Below, piece after piece: positions 10,166-19,897 of a stretch of 64,000 nucleotides of DNA (position 1 is the stretch's first letter; every line of letters starts with the position of its first letter). Under the pieces are notes generated by a model. It had not been told where the DNA came from. It made no database searches and saw only the letters and a program-made list of their open reading frames with translations. A program made the translations under genes and the position numbers. Origin of the DNA: Desulfurococcaceae archaeon (lineage in GTDB: Archaea > Thermoproteota > Thermoprotei_A > Sulfolobales > Desulfurococcaceae); NCBI GenBank assembly GCA_038816475.1, contig JAWBAI010000004.1, forward strand, positions 1-64,000, in the 5' to 3' direction.

Positions 10166-10817
10166 CTGTTATTCTAAAGTAAAGTTTTTCAAACTTGGTT
10201 GCAAAAAGGGTTTTAAGCGGCTTGATAAACCTAATTCCCGCGCTCTCAATGAATACCCCTAGAATCGCGTCAAAATAAAAGTCAAGTAGTTTAAAGCCTG
10301 TTATTTCGAGATCACCGGTTTCCCCTGCTCTAACTTGAGCAGATGCAAACAGTTTACCCCCGGAAGCCTCAGCTGTACTTAGAAGCAGGCTTGTTGCAAA
10401 TCCGTACTTAGCCAATGCATTCTCCTTGAGAGCTTCAAGCCTAAATGGTGCATTCAAGCTATCAACAAAGATGTAGCGCGGTCTTAGTATGAACACGGCG
10501 TATGTCACCTTAACAAGAGTGCTTAGATCGTATGCTTCTGTGAAAAGAGCATGCTTATATCTATCTGGGTTTCTTGCTATATGCTCGTAGTGTGTAGTTT
10601 CCTCCGTCGTTATGTAAACACAACTATATGCTGAGCAGAGATTACCAGCTATTGTATGAAGTAATGATGTTTTTCCAGCACCAGCTACACCGTAGAATAG
10701 GACGCTACTTGAAGACTCTATAAGCTCGTCAAGCAGTTCATTTCCACTATAGCGAAGACGCTCTCTTATGCTGATCACCACTTCAGTAATGTGAGCTTCA
10801 GCATCAGCCGTATACAC
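10134..10817 (-). CDS. RecA/RadB-superfamily ATPase
   Basis: SG...LDEL, Walker A YGVAGAGKT, YITTE, FVDSL, AQVR, FRITDEGV; true start likely downstream of 10817. Confidence 0.75.
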   Translation of the reverse strand: MYTADAEAHITEVVISIRERLRYSGNELLDELIESSSSVLFYGVAGAGKTSLLHTIAGNLCSAYSCVYITTEETTHYEHIARNPDRYKHALFTEAYDLSTLVKVTYAVFILRPRYIFVDSLNAPFRLEALKENALAKYGFATSLLLSTAEASGGKLFASAQVRAGETGDLEITGFKLLDFYFDAILGVFIESAGIRFIKPLKTLFATKFEKLYFRITDEGVKWLDRT

Positions 10818-10917
10818 CCGAGTTACATCTAATATTTATTAAAGGTTACTGCATCATAAATTGACATAGTGTGCTAAGTTACACTTATCACTAGGAACTT
10901 GCCGGTGAACCACTATA

Positions 10918-11559
10918 TTGCAGAAAAGACCATTGGTTATAGCAATCTACGAACCTAGATGGTTTATGAAGGTGCTCGAAGTAGCTAGGAGGAGAAATCT
11001 AATATTTTACCACTATTATTCCCCACAAGAGGTTCCATATGGTAGTGTTGTTTACACTGATTATGAACCTATAGCAAGAGAGCTTGTAATCAGAAGCGAT
11101 GTTGAAGTAGTGTACGATCCTGTGAGAAGTTGTAGAGTGTTCGAAAAAGCCATAATGATATCTAGCTTTAAGGAAAAGTACAATAGTGTTGTCGTGGGCG
11201 TAGACCCCGGTCTTCTACCTAGCTACGTTGTAGTAGGTGACCACGAGCTCTTACTATATGGTGAAGGTATAAAGAGTCTAGTTAAGGACATTGAGTACGT
11301 GCTAAACTGTGTGCACTTTGATAAGATTACTATAAGAGTGGGAACAGGCCCTAGGTCGGGCGATATTATTGTGTACTTAAAGAACAGGTATAAAGTACCC
11401 ATAGAGCTCGTTAATGAGTTTTGTACAACTCCGAGCTCCAATAGAATAAACGAGGTAACCTACTTATCAAAACGCTTGAAGGGTGTAAAACCGTTCAGGT
11501 ATAAGGACGTGTATGCTGCATATAGAATAGCTCTTACAAGTGGTATTGAGGTGCTATAG
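10918..11559 (+). CDS. hypothetical protein with C-terminal RNase H-fold (YqgF/RuvX-like) domain
   Basis: VVVGVDPG, RVG.G, LVNE..TT, KDV.AA..IA match the YqgF-like motif series. Confidence 0.6.
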   Translation: MQKRPLVIAIYEPRWFMKVLEVARRRNLIFYHYYSPQEVPYGSVVYTDYEPIARELVIRSDVEVVYDPVRSCRVFEKAIMISSFKEKYNSVVVGVDPGLLPSYVVVGDHELLLYGEGIKSLVKDIEYVLNCVHFDKITIRVGTGPRSGDIIVYLKNRYKVPIELVNEFCTTPSSNRINEVTYLSKRLKGVKPFRYKDVYAAYRIALTSGIEVL

Positions 11560-12801
11560 TTGGTAATACTAAAGCTTACCCAGGGTGAATGCATTAAACT
11601 GTATGGACCTATGTCTGTTACTGTAAAGAGTGGATGTTTAAACGTATACTACAAGAAAGCTTGCGCTGGAGATAGGTTCGTAGTTCATAAGGCGAGAAAC
11701 TACGTTGTTGAGGCTCTAGACGAATGTGAACTCGATGTTAGCATGATTAACAACTCACAGATACAACCAATAGAGCTGGAGGACCCCTACTGGGAGAAAA
11801 AGAAGATCATTAGTGACATTGTGAAAGGGGATCGTAGAAAAATCATGGTTATAGGATGTATAGACTGTGGTAAAACAGCACTAGTAACAATGCTGTACAA
11901 TGCTTTTGCAGAGAAAAACTTAAGAGTAGCTGTTATTGACGGTGATGTAGGACAAGCTGACATAGGCCCACCCGGGTTTGTTACCCTGGGATCTCACGAA
12001 GAGCAGGTTTACTGGATTAGTGAGCTTAAACCCATCATGATGAGATTTATTGGTGATATTAAACCTCAGTTCTTAACGCACGTGATCATCAGAGAGCTAG
12101 AGTACTTAACTAATTACGCTTTAAACTCGGGGTTCGACAGGGTAGTAATAGATACGGATGGATGGGTGAGCGACGAGCACGCGATCACCTACAAGCAAAA
12201 GCTTGTTGAAGCTCTAAGACCAGAAACGATCGTGGTTATCGGAGATAACATTGAAAAGTACTTTGCAAAGTACGCGAAGCTAGGTATTGCTGTGTACTCT
12301 GTTAAACCACCAGTACACAGAAAGACTAGGTCGAGAGAAGAGAGAAGGATGCTAAGAAGTAGCAAGTACAAGAGCTATCTAAGTGAAGCACCATTAGTAA
12401 AAGTTAAACTTGATGAAGTTCTGGTGTCGGGATTACCGTTGCTTCAGGGACCTGAGGTAGATTCTTCGCTGATACATGGATTCATAGAAGGTAAACTGGT
12501 GTACGCTTCTCAAATGCCGTGTACACTATACCTCTATGGTTCTGTAAAAAGCTACAATATTGAGGAGCTCAAAAAACTCGGGTACGACAAGGTAAAAGTA
12601 TACCCCATTGGGTTCGAGAAAAACTTGTATTGTGCAGTTGGAAGCACTACTGGTAGTGAGCACCCGTGTCTACTTGAGAAAATAGATTTCGAATCACGCG
12701 AGGTTCTTCTTAGAACAAAGTACACAGGTAAAATAGAATTCTTAAAGATCTCAAGAATAAGATTAAACGACGAGTACTTAGAAGAGTATGTAGAGGCTTA
12801 A
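11560..12801 (+). CDS. Clp1/Grc3/Nol9-family polynucleotide 5'-hydroxyl kinase
   Basis: Walker A GCIDCGKT, DGDVGQADIGPPG, DTDGW, lid RSREERRMLR. Confidence 0.9.
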   Translation: MVILKLTQGECIKLYGPMSVTVKSGCLNVYYKKACAGDRFVVHKARNYVVEALDECELDVSMINNSQIQPIELEDPYWEKKKIISDIVKGDRRKIMVIGCIDCGKTALVTMLYNAFAEKNLRVAVIDGDVGQADIGPPGFVTLGSHEEQVYWISELKPIMMRFIGDIKPQFLTHVIIRELEYLTNYALNSGFDRVVIDTDGWVSDEHAITYKQKLVEALRPETIVVIGDNIEKYFAKYAKLGIAVYSVKPPVHRKTRSREERRMLRSSKYKSYLSEAPLVKVKLDEVLVSGLPLLQGPEVDSSLIHGFIEGKLVYASQMPCTLYLYGSVKSYNIEELKKLGYDKVKVYPIGFEKNLYCAVGSTTGSEHPCLLEKIDFESREVLLRTKYTGKIEFLKISRIRLNDEYLEEYVEA

Positions 12802-12807
12802 CTCTGC

Positions 12808-14091
12808 ATGAACCTGGAAGACGTATATAGGTATTCTAGGCTGCTCGGTAAGAACGTAGTTGATGCTGGTGTGATCAGGAGAGAACAGTACATTACGAAA
12901 CTCGTTGCTAGTAATAGAGACAACGTCGTAATTTTTAGACTAGAGGAGCTAGAAGACGTCGTCGTATACTCGAACATGCTTTCGTCGAGGAAGGACATGC
13001 AGAGGATTCTTGGAGCAGGTAGCCTAGAGGAGGCTTACAGTAAGCTCAACTACGCGTTGTCAAACCCTTCTAACCTAGTCTACGTAGATTTCTACGAGCA
13101 CTACGAAGACGCGGATAAATCCATCTCGAAGCTACCATTTATCAAGTTCTACAAGGAGGATGGTGGATACTACCTAACAAGCTCTGTTTACATAGCGTGT
13201 TATCAATCCATATGCAATGCGAGCTATCACAGAACAATGTACATATCAAGTAGTAAGGCTACTCTTAGAATAGTTCCAAGGCATCTTCACTACATTGTTA
13301 CAAGGTTTTTCGAGGATGGTAAGGATGCTCCTGTAGCTCTGGTTTTAGGACTAGACCCTGTTCAGGAGATCGCGGCAGCGCTCAGTCCACCGCTTGGTGT
13401 TTTCGAGGTGGAGGTTGGTGCAACGCTTGGAGGCGAAAAGAGAGCGGTTAGAACTCCTCTCTATGGAATACCCGTTCCAGCTAATGCTAGTATCATAGTT
13501 GAGGGAACTATATCGAGAACAGAAAGAGCTCTTGAGGGTCCGTTTACAGATATACTGATGCTTTTAGATCCAGCTAGAGAGCAACCCGTATTCAACGTTG
13601 ACGCTGTGTACTATTCTAGGAGAAAACCACCAGCTGTTCATGCAATAGTTCCTGGGCTATGGGAGCATCAGTTACTTATGGGATTTCCGCGCGAAGCGCT
13701 CATGTATGTTGAAGCTAAGAGAAAAGTTCCCTGCGTTGAGGGTGTTAGATTAACTGAGGGTGGTGCTACATGGCTTCACGCCGTTATCTCAGTCAACGAG
13801 TACTGCTCCAAGGGTGATGCTAAGCTCGCAGCACTTGTAGCAATTACTGCTCACCCCAGTGTTAAGCACGTGGTGGTAGTTGATTCCGACATTAACACAG
13901 ATGATCAGCTGATGGTAGAGTGGGCTATTGCGACTAGAACAAAGGCTAGTGAAGATATCATTGTTCTAAAGGACATTAGAGGAAGTACACTGGATCCCAG
14001 AAGTGCTGATGGTGTAGGTGATAAACTGATAATACTAGCCATAAAGCCACGAGACGAGAAGAGCGAGAAGTACAAGCGGGTGGAGGCATAA
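12808..14091 (+). CDS. UbiD-family decarboxylase, probable anhydromevalonate phosphate decarboxylase
   Basis: DGG.Y, RIVPRHL, EGPF, VVVD.DI, EWAIATR, GS.LDP; adjacent to the AcnX pair. Confidence 0.85.
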   Translation: MNLEDVYRYSRLLGKNVVDAGVIRREQYITKLVASNRDNVVIFRLEELEDVVVYSNMLSSRKDMQRILGAGSLEEAYSKLNYALSNPSNLVYVDFYEHYEDADKSISKLPFIKFYKEDGGYYLTSSVYIACYQSICNASYHRTMYISSSKATLRIVPRHLHYIVTRFFEDGKDAPVALVLGLDPVQEIAAALSPPLGVFEVEVGATLGGEKRAVRTPLYGIPVPANASIIVEGTISRTERALEGPFTDILMLLDPAREQPVFNVDAVYYSRRKPPAVHAIVPGLWEHQLLMGFPREALMYVEAKRKVPCVEGVRLTEGGATWLHAVISVNEYCSKGDAKLAALVAITAHPSVKHVVVVDSDINTDDQLMVEWAIATRTKASEDIIVLKDIRGSTLDPRSADGVGDKLIILAIKPRDEKSEKYKRVEA

Positions 14092-14093
14092 GA

Positions 14094-15272
14094 ATGCATC
14101 TTACAAGTGAGCAGGAGAAAATGCTAAAGGGAGAGTACGGCTGGGCGGTAGCGAAAGCTATGGAGATCATAGTGAGAGTCGGAGAAGCTGTTGGAGCTGA
14201 ATCCTTGGTAGAGATAAAGCATGCTCACGTATCAGGCATATCGTTCTCCAACATAGGCAAATATGGGCTGGAATTCATAGAAGCGTTCAGCAGTGCTGGG
14301 GGGAGAGCCAGGGTTTTTACAACTGTAAACCCTGGGTGCATCGACTACTCAGGCTACTCTACTATAATTGACAATGTCTACGAGAAGGAGCAGTACTTGG
14401 TAGATAAAGCTCTAGTAGAAATGCGGTTTAAACCCGTGTTCACCTGCATCCCATACTACTATCGTCCCCCAGCAGTTAACGAGCACTTGGCATGGGGTGA
14501 AAGTAGCGCGGTGATCTTCGCAAACTCGATCTACGGAGCTCGTACGAATCGCGAAGGTGGTCCTCTGGCTTTGGCCTCGGCGCTTACAGGTTACACGTAC
14601 AATGCAGGACTTCATCTAAACGAGAACAGAGTAGCGAAAATTCGCTTAAAGGTACACCCGGAAATCACTGCTAGATACTACGGTGCACTCGGGCTATGGA
14701 TAGGTGAAAACGTTAAAGAATCCCCTTTGAAGCTTAGTATTGATAACATGAACTTGAGTAAAATCTATGAAATTAAAAACCTGCTCGCATCCGCGGCTGC
14801 AACCGGTAACCATGCATTGATCGTCGTGGAAAACTTAACCCCTAAGGGCACCTACAGCGAAGATCTACAGGATAGAGTTGAAGTAGCTTTTAGTGACGTT
14901 GAAAAGTACTTAGCAAACCCCCCGAAGGCGAAGAGCGGCTTTGTACTTGGCTATATTGGATGCCCTCATGTGCATCCAAAAGAGTTGCTCGATGTTGTAA
15001 GATTACTCAATAGGTATGGACCCGTGAGGAAAGGCAAGCTTCTAATAACTGTACCGAGAGAGTTCGCGAACAAGTATTGGTACATAGTTCGCAAAGCTAA
15101 AGCCTTAGGTGCAGATGTAGCAGCGGGCACGTGTCCTGTGGTATCAAAGCTACGCGGGATCTTTGACTACGTTTTAACAAATAGTGGAAAAGCCTATTTT
15201 TACCTTCGTAGAATCCATGGATTAAAAGTAGGAATAGCCAGTACCGAGGAAATAGTTAGGTATGTCTGCTGA
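14094..15272 (+). CDS. aconitase X large subunit, probable phosphomevalonate dehydratase large subunit
   Basis: HAHVSG.S, TC.PY, W.ESSA, NS..GARTNREG, IGCPH, TNSGKA. Confidence 0.88.
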   Translation: MHLTSEQEKMLKGEYGWAVAKAMEIIVRVGEAVGAESLVEIKHAHVSGISFSNIGKYGLEFIEAFSSAGGRARVFTTVNPGCIDYSGYSTIIDNVYEKEQYLVDKALVEMRFKPVFTCIPYYYRPPAVNEHLAWGESSAVIFANSIYGARTNREGGPLALASALTGYTYNAGLHLNENRVAKIRLKVHPEITARYYGALGLWIGENVKESPLKLSIDNMNLSKIYEIKNLLASAAATGNHALIVVENLTPKGTYSEDLQDRVEVAFSDVEKYLANPPKAKSGFVLGYIGCPHVHPKELLDVVRLLNRYGPVRKGKLLITVPREFANKYWYIVRKAKALGADVAAGTCPVVSKLRGIFDYVLTNSGKAYFYLRRIHGLKVGIASTEEIVRYVC

Positions 15273-15657
15273 GATTAGAGTGGTTAAAGTTAAAGCAATA
15301 GTTCCAGGCGTGTGTAGAGGGGAGCTGATCGCTGTGAATAGGTACGTAAGTTTCTTCGGTGAAGTAGACCCCGAGTCGGGGTGTTTAATGGAGGATCATC
15401 TGTGCATACCCGGCTCAGTATTCGCTTTTAAGGGGACTCGAGGAAGCACGGTAGCGCCTTATGTACTATACGCGTTGAAGAGAAAGGGGAAGAACCCTAG
15501 TTGCATAATCGTTGAAGACGTAGAACCTATGCTCGTAACAGGATGCGTTATAGCAGAAATCCCTTTATATCAAGTTCTAGATTTCGATAAACTTGTACAT
15601 TTTAATGGTTGGAACGTCGAGGTTGTGAACAATGAGCTCAGAGTCTGGAAAACCTAG
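15262..15657 (+). CDS. aconitase X swivelling subunit (DUF126), phosphomevalonate dehydratase small subunit
   Basis: SFFGEVDP.SG, RGSTV..YVLY. Confidence 0.88.
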   Translation: MSAEIRVVKVKAIVPGVCRGELIAVNRYVSFFGEVDPESGCLMEDHLCIPGSVFAFKGTRGSTVAPYVLYALKRKGKNPSCIIVEDVEPMLVTGCVIAEIPLYQVLDFDKLVHFNGWNVEVVNNELRVWKT

Positions 15658-16255
15658 CAAAGGCTTATTCATAGTACTTGAAGGTATAGATGGTTCAGGG
15701 AAGACCACTATTGCTAGAGCTCTGATTCAGGAGCTCGAGAAGAGAGGATACAGAACGCTCTACACGTTCGAACCCACGGATTCCGATATCGTAAATATTA
15801 TCAAAAATAAGTACGGTAGCTTAAGAGATCCGTTTATTGATGCGCTAGCTTTCGCTCTAGATAGATTAATTCACGTTAAAACAAAAATAAAACCAGCTCT
15901 TGAAAACGGCTTCATAGTACTAGCAGACAGGTACTTTTACAGCAGTGTAGCGTATCAATCAGCTAGCGGAGCTCCTATCGAGTGGGTTTTCGAAGTAAAC
16001 AGGTGGGCTATTAAACCCGACATTGCAGTATACCTCGACGTGGACCCTAAAATAGCGCTTCAGAGAAAAACAGGCTCGTTCACAAGGTTTCCCGAATTCG
16101 AAGAACTAGGGTTCTTGTCTAAAGTAAGAGAGATTTATTTGACGATGGTGAAACAGGGGCTACTAGTTAAAGTAGATGCTGCAAGATCGATTGAAGAAGT
16201 GTTCGAGGATGTTAAGCACATCGTCTTAGAGGAGCTACGGAGAAGATCACTTTGA
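15632..16255 (+). CDS. tmk: thymidylate kinase
   Basis: EGIDGSGKTT, EP, DR, DRYFYSSVAYQ, PD...YLD. Confidence 0.95.
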   Translation: MSSESGKPSKGLFIVLEGIDGSGKTTIARALIQELEKRGYRTLYTFEPTDSDIVNIIKNKYGSLRDPFIDALAFALDRLIHVKTKIKPALENGFIVLADRYFYSSVAYQSASGAPIEWVFEVNRWAIKPDIAVYLDVDPKIALQRKTGSFTRFPEFEELGFLSKVREIYLTMVKQGLLVKVDAARSIEEVFEDVKHIVLEELRRRSL

Positions 16256-16612
16256 TTTCAGAAGAGATTTTAATCTCTGGATTCGCTCTAGGACTTCGAG
16301 CCACTTTATGTAGTCTGTGGGATCAACATCCGAAGTGTTTGTTAAGGTTTCAATTGTTTTTAGTACCTGTAGTTCTAGCTTTTCTAAGATCGTAGACATT
16401 TGTGCCTTAGTATATACTTCCCTCATTTCTTCGTCGGTTTTAACAATGTAAACTCTGCCGTGTACAGGACACACTATTTCCCCGCTTCTCAGCTTAAACA
16501 ATGGTAGAACACATCCTTCAACAGGGCATGTTTCAGCTAGCATGACTGCTCCCGATTTCAGTAGTTCAGCCATTATTTTAGTTGGGTCCTTCCTGACCTC
16601 CAAGTTGTGCAC
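16247..16612 (-). CDS. UPF0148 / SSSCA1-like zinc-ribbon protein
   Basis: MAELL.SGA.ML..TCP...C..PLF....G...CPVHG. Confidence 0.85.
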   Translation of the reverse strand: MHNLEVRKDPTKIMAELLKSGAVMLAETCPVEGCVLPLFKLRSGEIVCPVHGRVYIVKTDEEMREVYTKAQMSTILEKLELQVLKTIETLTNTSDVDPTDYIKWLEVLERIQRLKSLLKSK

Positions 16613-16709
16613 CTAAAGCACCAGTTGATTTATAATTTAGGGTTATTTATTCATAAACTAAGCATGGATTACTGAGTAGTGAGATGGTTACGCTGTTTGA
16701 GGTGGGATC

Positions 16710-16979
16710 ATGAGCCGCGTAATGGACAATGAAGCAAAGATCAGAAACGCTGCATACGTTCTTCTTACAATAATCAACGACACGGCTGTTCCTAGGAATA
16801 TTAGAAGAGCGGCTACCGAGGCGTTGAACTACCTCAGGGATGAAAGGTACAGTCCAGGTGTGAGAGCGGCTAATGCTATTGGAGCTCTGGAACAAGTTAG
16901 TCAAGATCCCAACATGCCTCTTAGTGCTAGAACAAAAATATGGCAAGTTATAGCGCTTCTTGAAACGGTAAAGGATTAA
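16710..16979 (+). CDS. UPF0147 family protein
   Basis: [20 protein letters not shown]. Confidence 0.9.
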   Translation: MSRVMDNEAKIRNAAYVLLTIINDTAVPRNIRRAATEALNYLRDERYSPGVRAANAIGALEQVSQDPNMPLSARTKIWQVIALLETVKD

Positions 16980-17013
16980 AACCTAGTACAGCTGTTCTAA
17001 CGAGGGTTTTTAC

Positions 17014-18441
17014 TTGGTTAGGGTAAGAGTTCGAGGTATTTATGCTACGGCTCTTTCCAAGATACTAGTTGACCATGGGTTTCAACTAGTAGATGTTACG
17101 GAGAAGATTAAGGAGAGACTAAGCTTAGAAGCAGACGAAACAGCCTGCGATGTCACGGTTAAGACAACGGAAAACCCGGACGAGTTGCTGATAATAGGGT
17201 TTCCCAAGCCTTCGCAAGAGGTGTACAGTACTTTAGTGGAGGAGCTCAAGTACGTATATACGTGGAAATCGCCCGTTGAACTCCATGCTGTTTACATGGG
17301 AGTAGTAGTGGAAAAACATGGAGAGTACTGTAGCGTGGATATCGGAGGATTAACAGGCACGCTTTTTCCGTGTAGCGAAGAACCTGGCTCAAGGCTTCTG
17401 GTGGGAGTAAGAAAACCCCCGGTTAAGTACGGGGAGAGGCTTGTTTTAACCAAGAACTTTAGACTTGTTGGAGAGTATGCTACTTTAATACACGGTGTAC
17501 CCAGAATAACCTTCTCGGAACACATAACAAGCTCTAAAACCAAAGCCAGACTATCTGCTATCGCTACAGCTAAGTTAATGGGAACAGGACTTGGGGTGCA
17601 CTTTAGGAGCAGTGCTAAGCACGCTGATGATGAAACCATAAGTTCCGATATTGATAGACTTCTCGAAGAGTACAAGTCTCTTATATCAAAGTCAAAAGAG
17701 CTGGTGGATAACCCTCCCATTAAGCTGAGAGATGGAGAGTTCATAGCTATCTTGGGTTTAACAAGCCTTGCAAAGTCTATACTAGACGGTATCAGAAGCC
17801 AGGTTACTACAACTATCAAGAAGCATCACTCATTGAAATCAATGGGATTAAGCGATGTGGTTGACATAGCAGAGCACGTTATTTCAAAGGCAAAGTGCTC
17901 GCACGAGAACGCGAGCCTCGCAGAGTATATTGCAGAAAAGCTAGCGCAGGATGAACTTGTAGAGATCGTGCACATAAAGCCTACAGGTGAAGTAATAGCT
18001 CTTACATCCGGTAGAGTACTAAACGTATCGATCGTTAACGATGAAGTGGTAGTTGTCATTGAGAGGACCATGAAATCCCCAGGGGTATACGATGGACTAG
18101 AAGTAGAGAAAAAACCGGGAGACATAGACTACATGGTTGTTGATACAGGTAAACCCTACATATCACACAACTATTATCGAAGTGGAAACTGGATTGGAAC
18201 CTACGTGAACGTAAATACACCACCCGAGGTAGCCCCGGGAAGAGTTAAATACCACGATCTTCTAGTCGACGTTGTGATTCACCCTTCAGGAGATGTCAAG
18301 GTCGTGGATAAAGACGAACTCAGTAAAGCATACGAAGAAGGACTAATAACAGAATACCTGTACAACTACGCTTTAAATGTAGTAAAGAGCATAGTTAGCA
18401 ATCCCATGGGCTATGTTTTTAACCCGTACACAAAACATTAA
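17014..18441 (+). CDS. fau-1: FAU-1 RNA-binding protein/ribonuclease (C-terminal DUF402)
   Basis: VRVRGIYATAL N-terminus; G.YDGL, Y.NVNTP.E, Y.DL.VDV. Confidence 0.9.
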   Translation: MVRVRVRGIYATALSKILVDHGFQLVDVTEKIKERLSLEADETACDVTVKTTENPDELLIIGFPKPSQEVYSTLVEELKYVYTWKSPVELHAVYMGVVVEKHGEYCSVDIGGLTGTLFPCSEEPGSRLLVGVRKPPVKYGERLVLTKNFRLVGEYATLIHGVPRITFSEHITSSKTKARLSAIATAKLMGTGLGVHFRSSAKHADDETISSDIDRLLEEYKSLISKSKELVDNPPIKLRDGEFIAILGLTSLAKSILDGIRSQVTTTIKKHHSLKSMGLSDVVDIAEHVISKAKCSHENASLAEYIAEKLAQDELVEIVHIKPTGEVIALTSGRVLNVSIVNDEVVVVIERTMKSPGVYDGLEVEKKPGDIDYMVVDTGKPYISHNYYRSGNWIGTYVNVNTPPEVAPGRVKYHDLLVDVVIHPSGDVKVVDKDELSKAYEEGLITEYLYNYALNVVKSIVSNPMGYVFNPYTKH

Positions 18442-18452
18442 AATCAATGGAT

Positions 18453-18537
18453 GCGGGGGTGCCCGAGCTTGGTCAAAGGGGTCGGGCTTAGGACCCGATG
18501 GCGTAGGCCTGCGTGGGTTCAAATCCCACCCCCCGCA
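18453..18537 (+). tRNA. tRNA-Leu(TAG)
   Basis: acceptor GCGGGGG/CCCCCGC, anticodon arm TCGGG-CTTAGGA-CCCGA, long variable arm, GGTTCAAATCC; no encoded CCA. Confidence 0.96.
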
Positions 18538-18766
18538 TCAATTCCATGATCGCGCAATCTGTCCACTAGATGAAAGTGAAAATGCCTCGTAGGATCTTCA
18601 AATACAGCACTTTGCTACTACACTCGAATTCCGTGTTCACTTGAAACGCGAGTTCATGGTGCTGAGGTCGAACGAAAAGTTCTGAATAAGCTATGCAAAG
18701 TTAATAGATGGGGCATGGTTTATTAGTTCACGAGATGCTGTTACGAGGTAGAAATGGTGGTTTTTA

Positions 18767-19897
18767 TTGAAGCTCTACGAGTTTGAGGCTAAGGAGATTG
18801 CAGCACGGTATGGCATAAGCACGCCGAAAGGTAGAATCGCAAGTACTCCCGATGAAGCAGAACGTGTTGCTCTTGAAATCTGTAAACCCGTTGTTTTGAA
18901 AGTTCAAGTTCTCGTGGGTGGCCGCGGTCTTGCTGGTGGTGTGAAGTTCGCGGATACCCCAGAGGAAGCAAGAGAATACGCTAAAGCCTTGCTGGGAGCA
19001 ACCATACGTGGTGAAAAAGTAGAGAAGTTGCTTGTCGAAGAAAAGGTATGCATATCCAGGGAACTATACCTGTCTTTAACCATAGATAGGGCTACTAGGA
19101 AACCACTGTACTTGATTTCAGAAATGGGTGGTGTAGAGATAGAAGAGCTAGCCAAAAAGTACCCGGAGAAGGTACATAGAATATACGTTGACCCTGAGGT
19201 AGGATATTCCGACTACATGGCAAGGAAAGCGGTTAATGCAGTTAAGCTACCCTGGAGCTACGTGCAGGAGTTCTCATCGATCATGAAGTCCATGTTCAAG
19301 ATAATGTTAGACTACGACGCTGAGCTAGTGGAATTCAACCCCTTGGCTGTTACTTGCGATGGTAAACTAGTTGCACTTGACGCTAAGATGGTTATTGACG
19401 ACAACAGCATATTCAGGCATCCAGACCTCGCTACCAAGTACGGGAGAGAGATGTCTTTTTACGAGAGAAAAGCCAAAGAGCTAGGATTCAGCTATGTGGA
19501 GCTTGATGGAGAAATAGGTGTTATCAGCAATGGTGCCGGCTTAACAATGGCTACAATGGACTCAATACTACACTACGGTGGTAAACCAGCCAACTTCCTG
19601 GATATAGGTGGAGGTGCTACCAGGGATAGAGTCAAAGAAGCCGTGAAGCTGATGCTACAGCATCCTAGACCCAGAGTTATACTGGTAAACATATTCGGTG
19701 GTATAACCAGGTGCGATGAAGTAGCTTACGGCATCGTGGAAGCTATAAGAGAAGCAGGATACACGAAACCTATAGTTGTTAGAATGCTTGGTACCATGGA
19801 GGAGGAAGGCCGTAGAATACTCACCGAGCATGGCATACCCGTGTACATCGAAATGGATGATGCCATCAAGAAAGCGATAGAATACGTATACGGGTGA
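18767..19897 (+). CDS. sucC: succinyl-CoA synthetase (ADP-forming) beta subunit
   Basis: MKLYE.EAK, GGRG.AGGV, E.NPL, ALDAK, NGAGL.MATMD, PANFLDIGGGA, NIFGGITRCD. Confidence 0.92.
   Translation: MKLYEFEAKEIAARYGISTPKGRIASTPDEAERVALEICKPVVLKVQVLVGGRGLAGGVKFADTPEEAREYAKALLGATIRGEKVEKLLVEEKVCISRELYLSLTIDRATRKPLYLISEMGGVEIEELAKKYPEKVHRIYVDPEVGYSDYMARKAVNAVKLPWSYVQEFSSIMKSMFKIMLDYDAELVEFNPLAVTCDGKLVALDAKMVIDDNSIFRHPDLATKYGREMSFYERKAKELGFSYVELDGEIGVISNGAGLTMATMDSILHYGGKPANFLDIGGGATRDRVKEAVKLMLQHPRPRVILVNIFGGITRCDEVAYGIVEAIREAGYTKPIVVRMLGTMEEEGRRILTEHGIPVYIEMDDAIKKAIEYVYG

Noticed and set aside
18538-18766. Intergenic region after tRNA-Leu as ncRNA or att site
   Set aside because: No complete C/D box set, strong stem or duplicated tRNA 3' end found by eye
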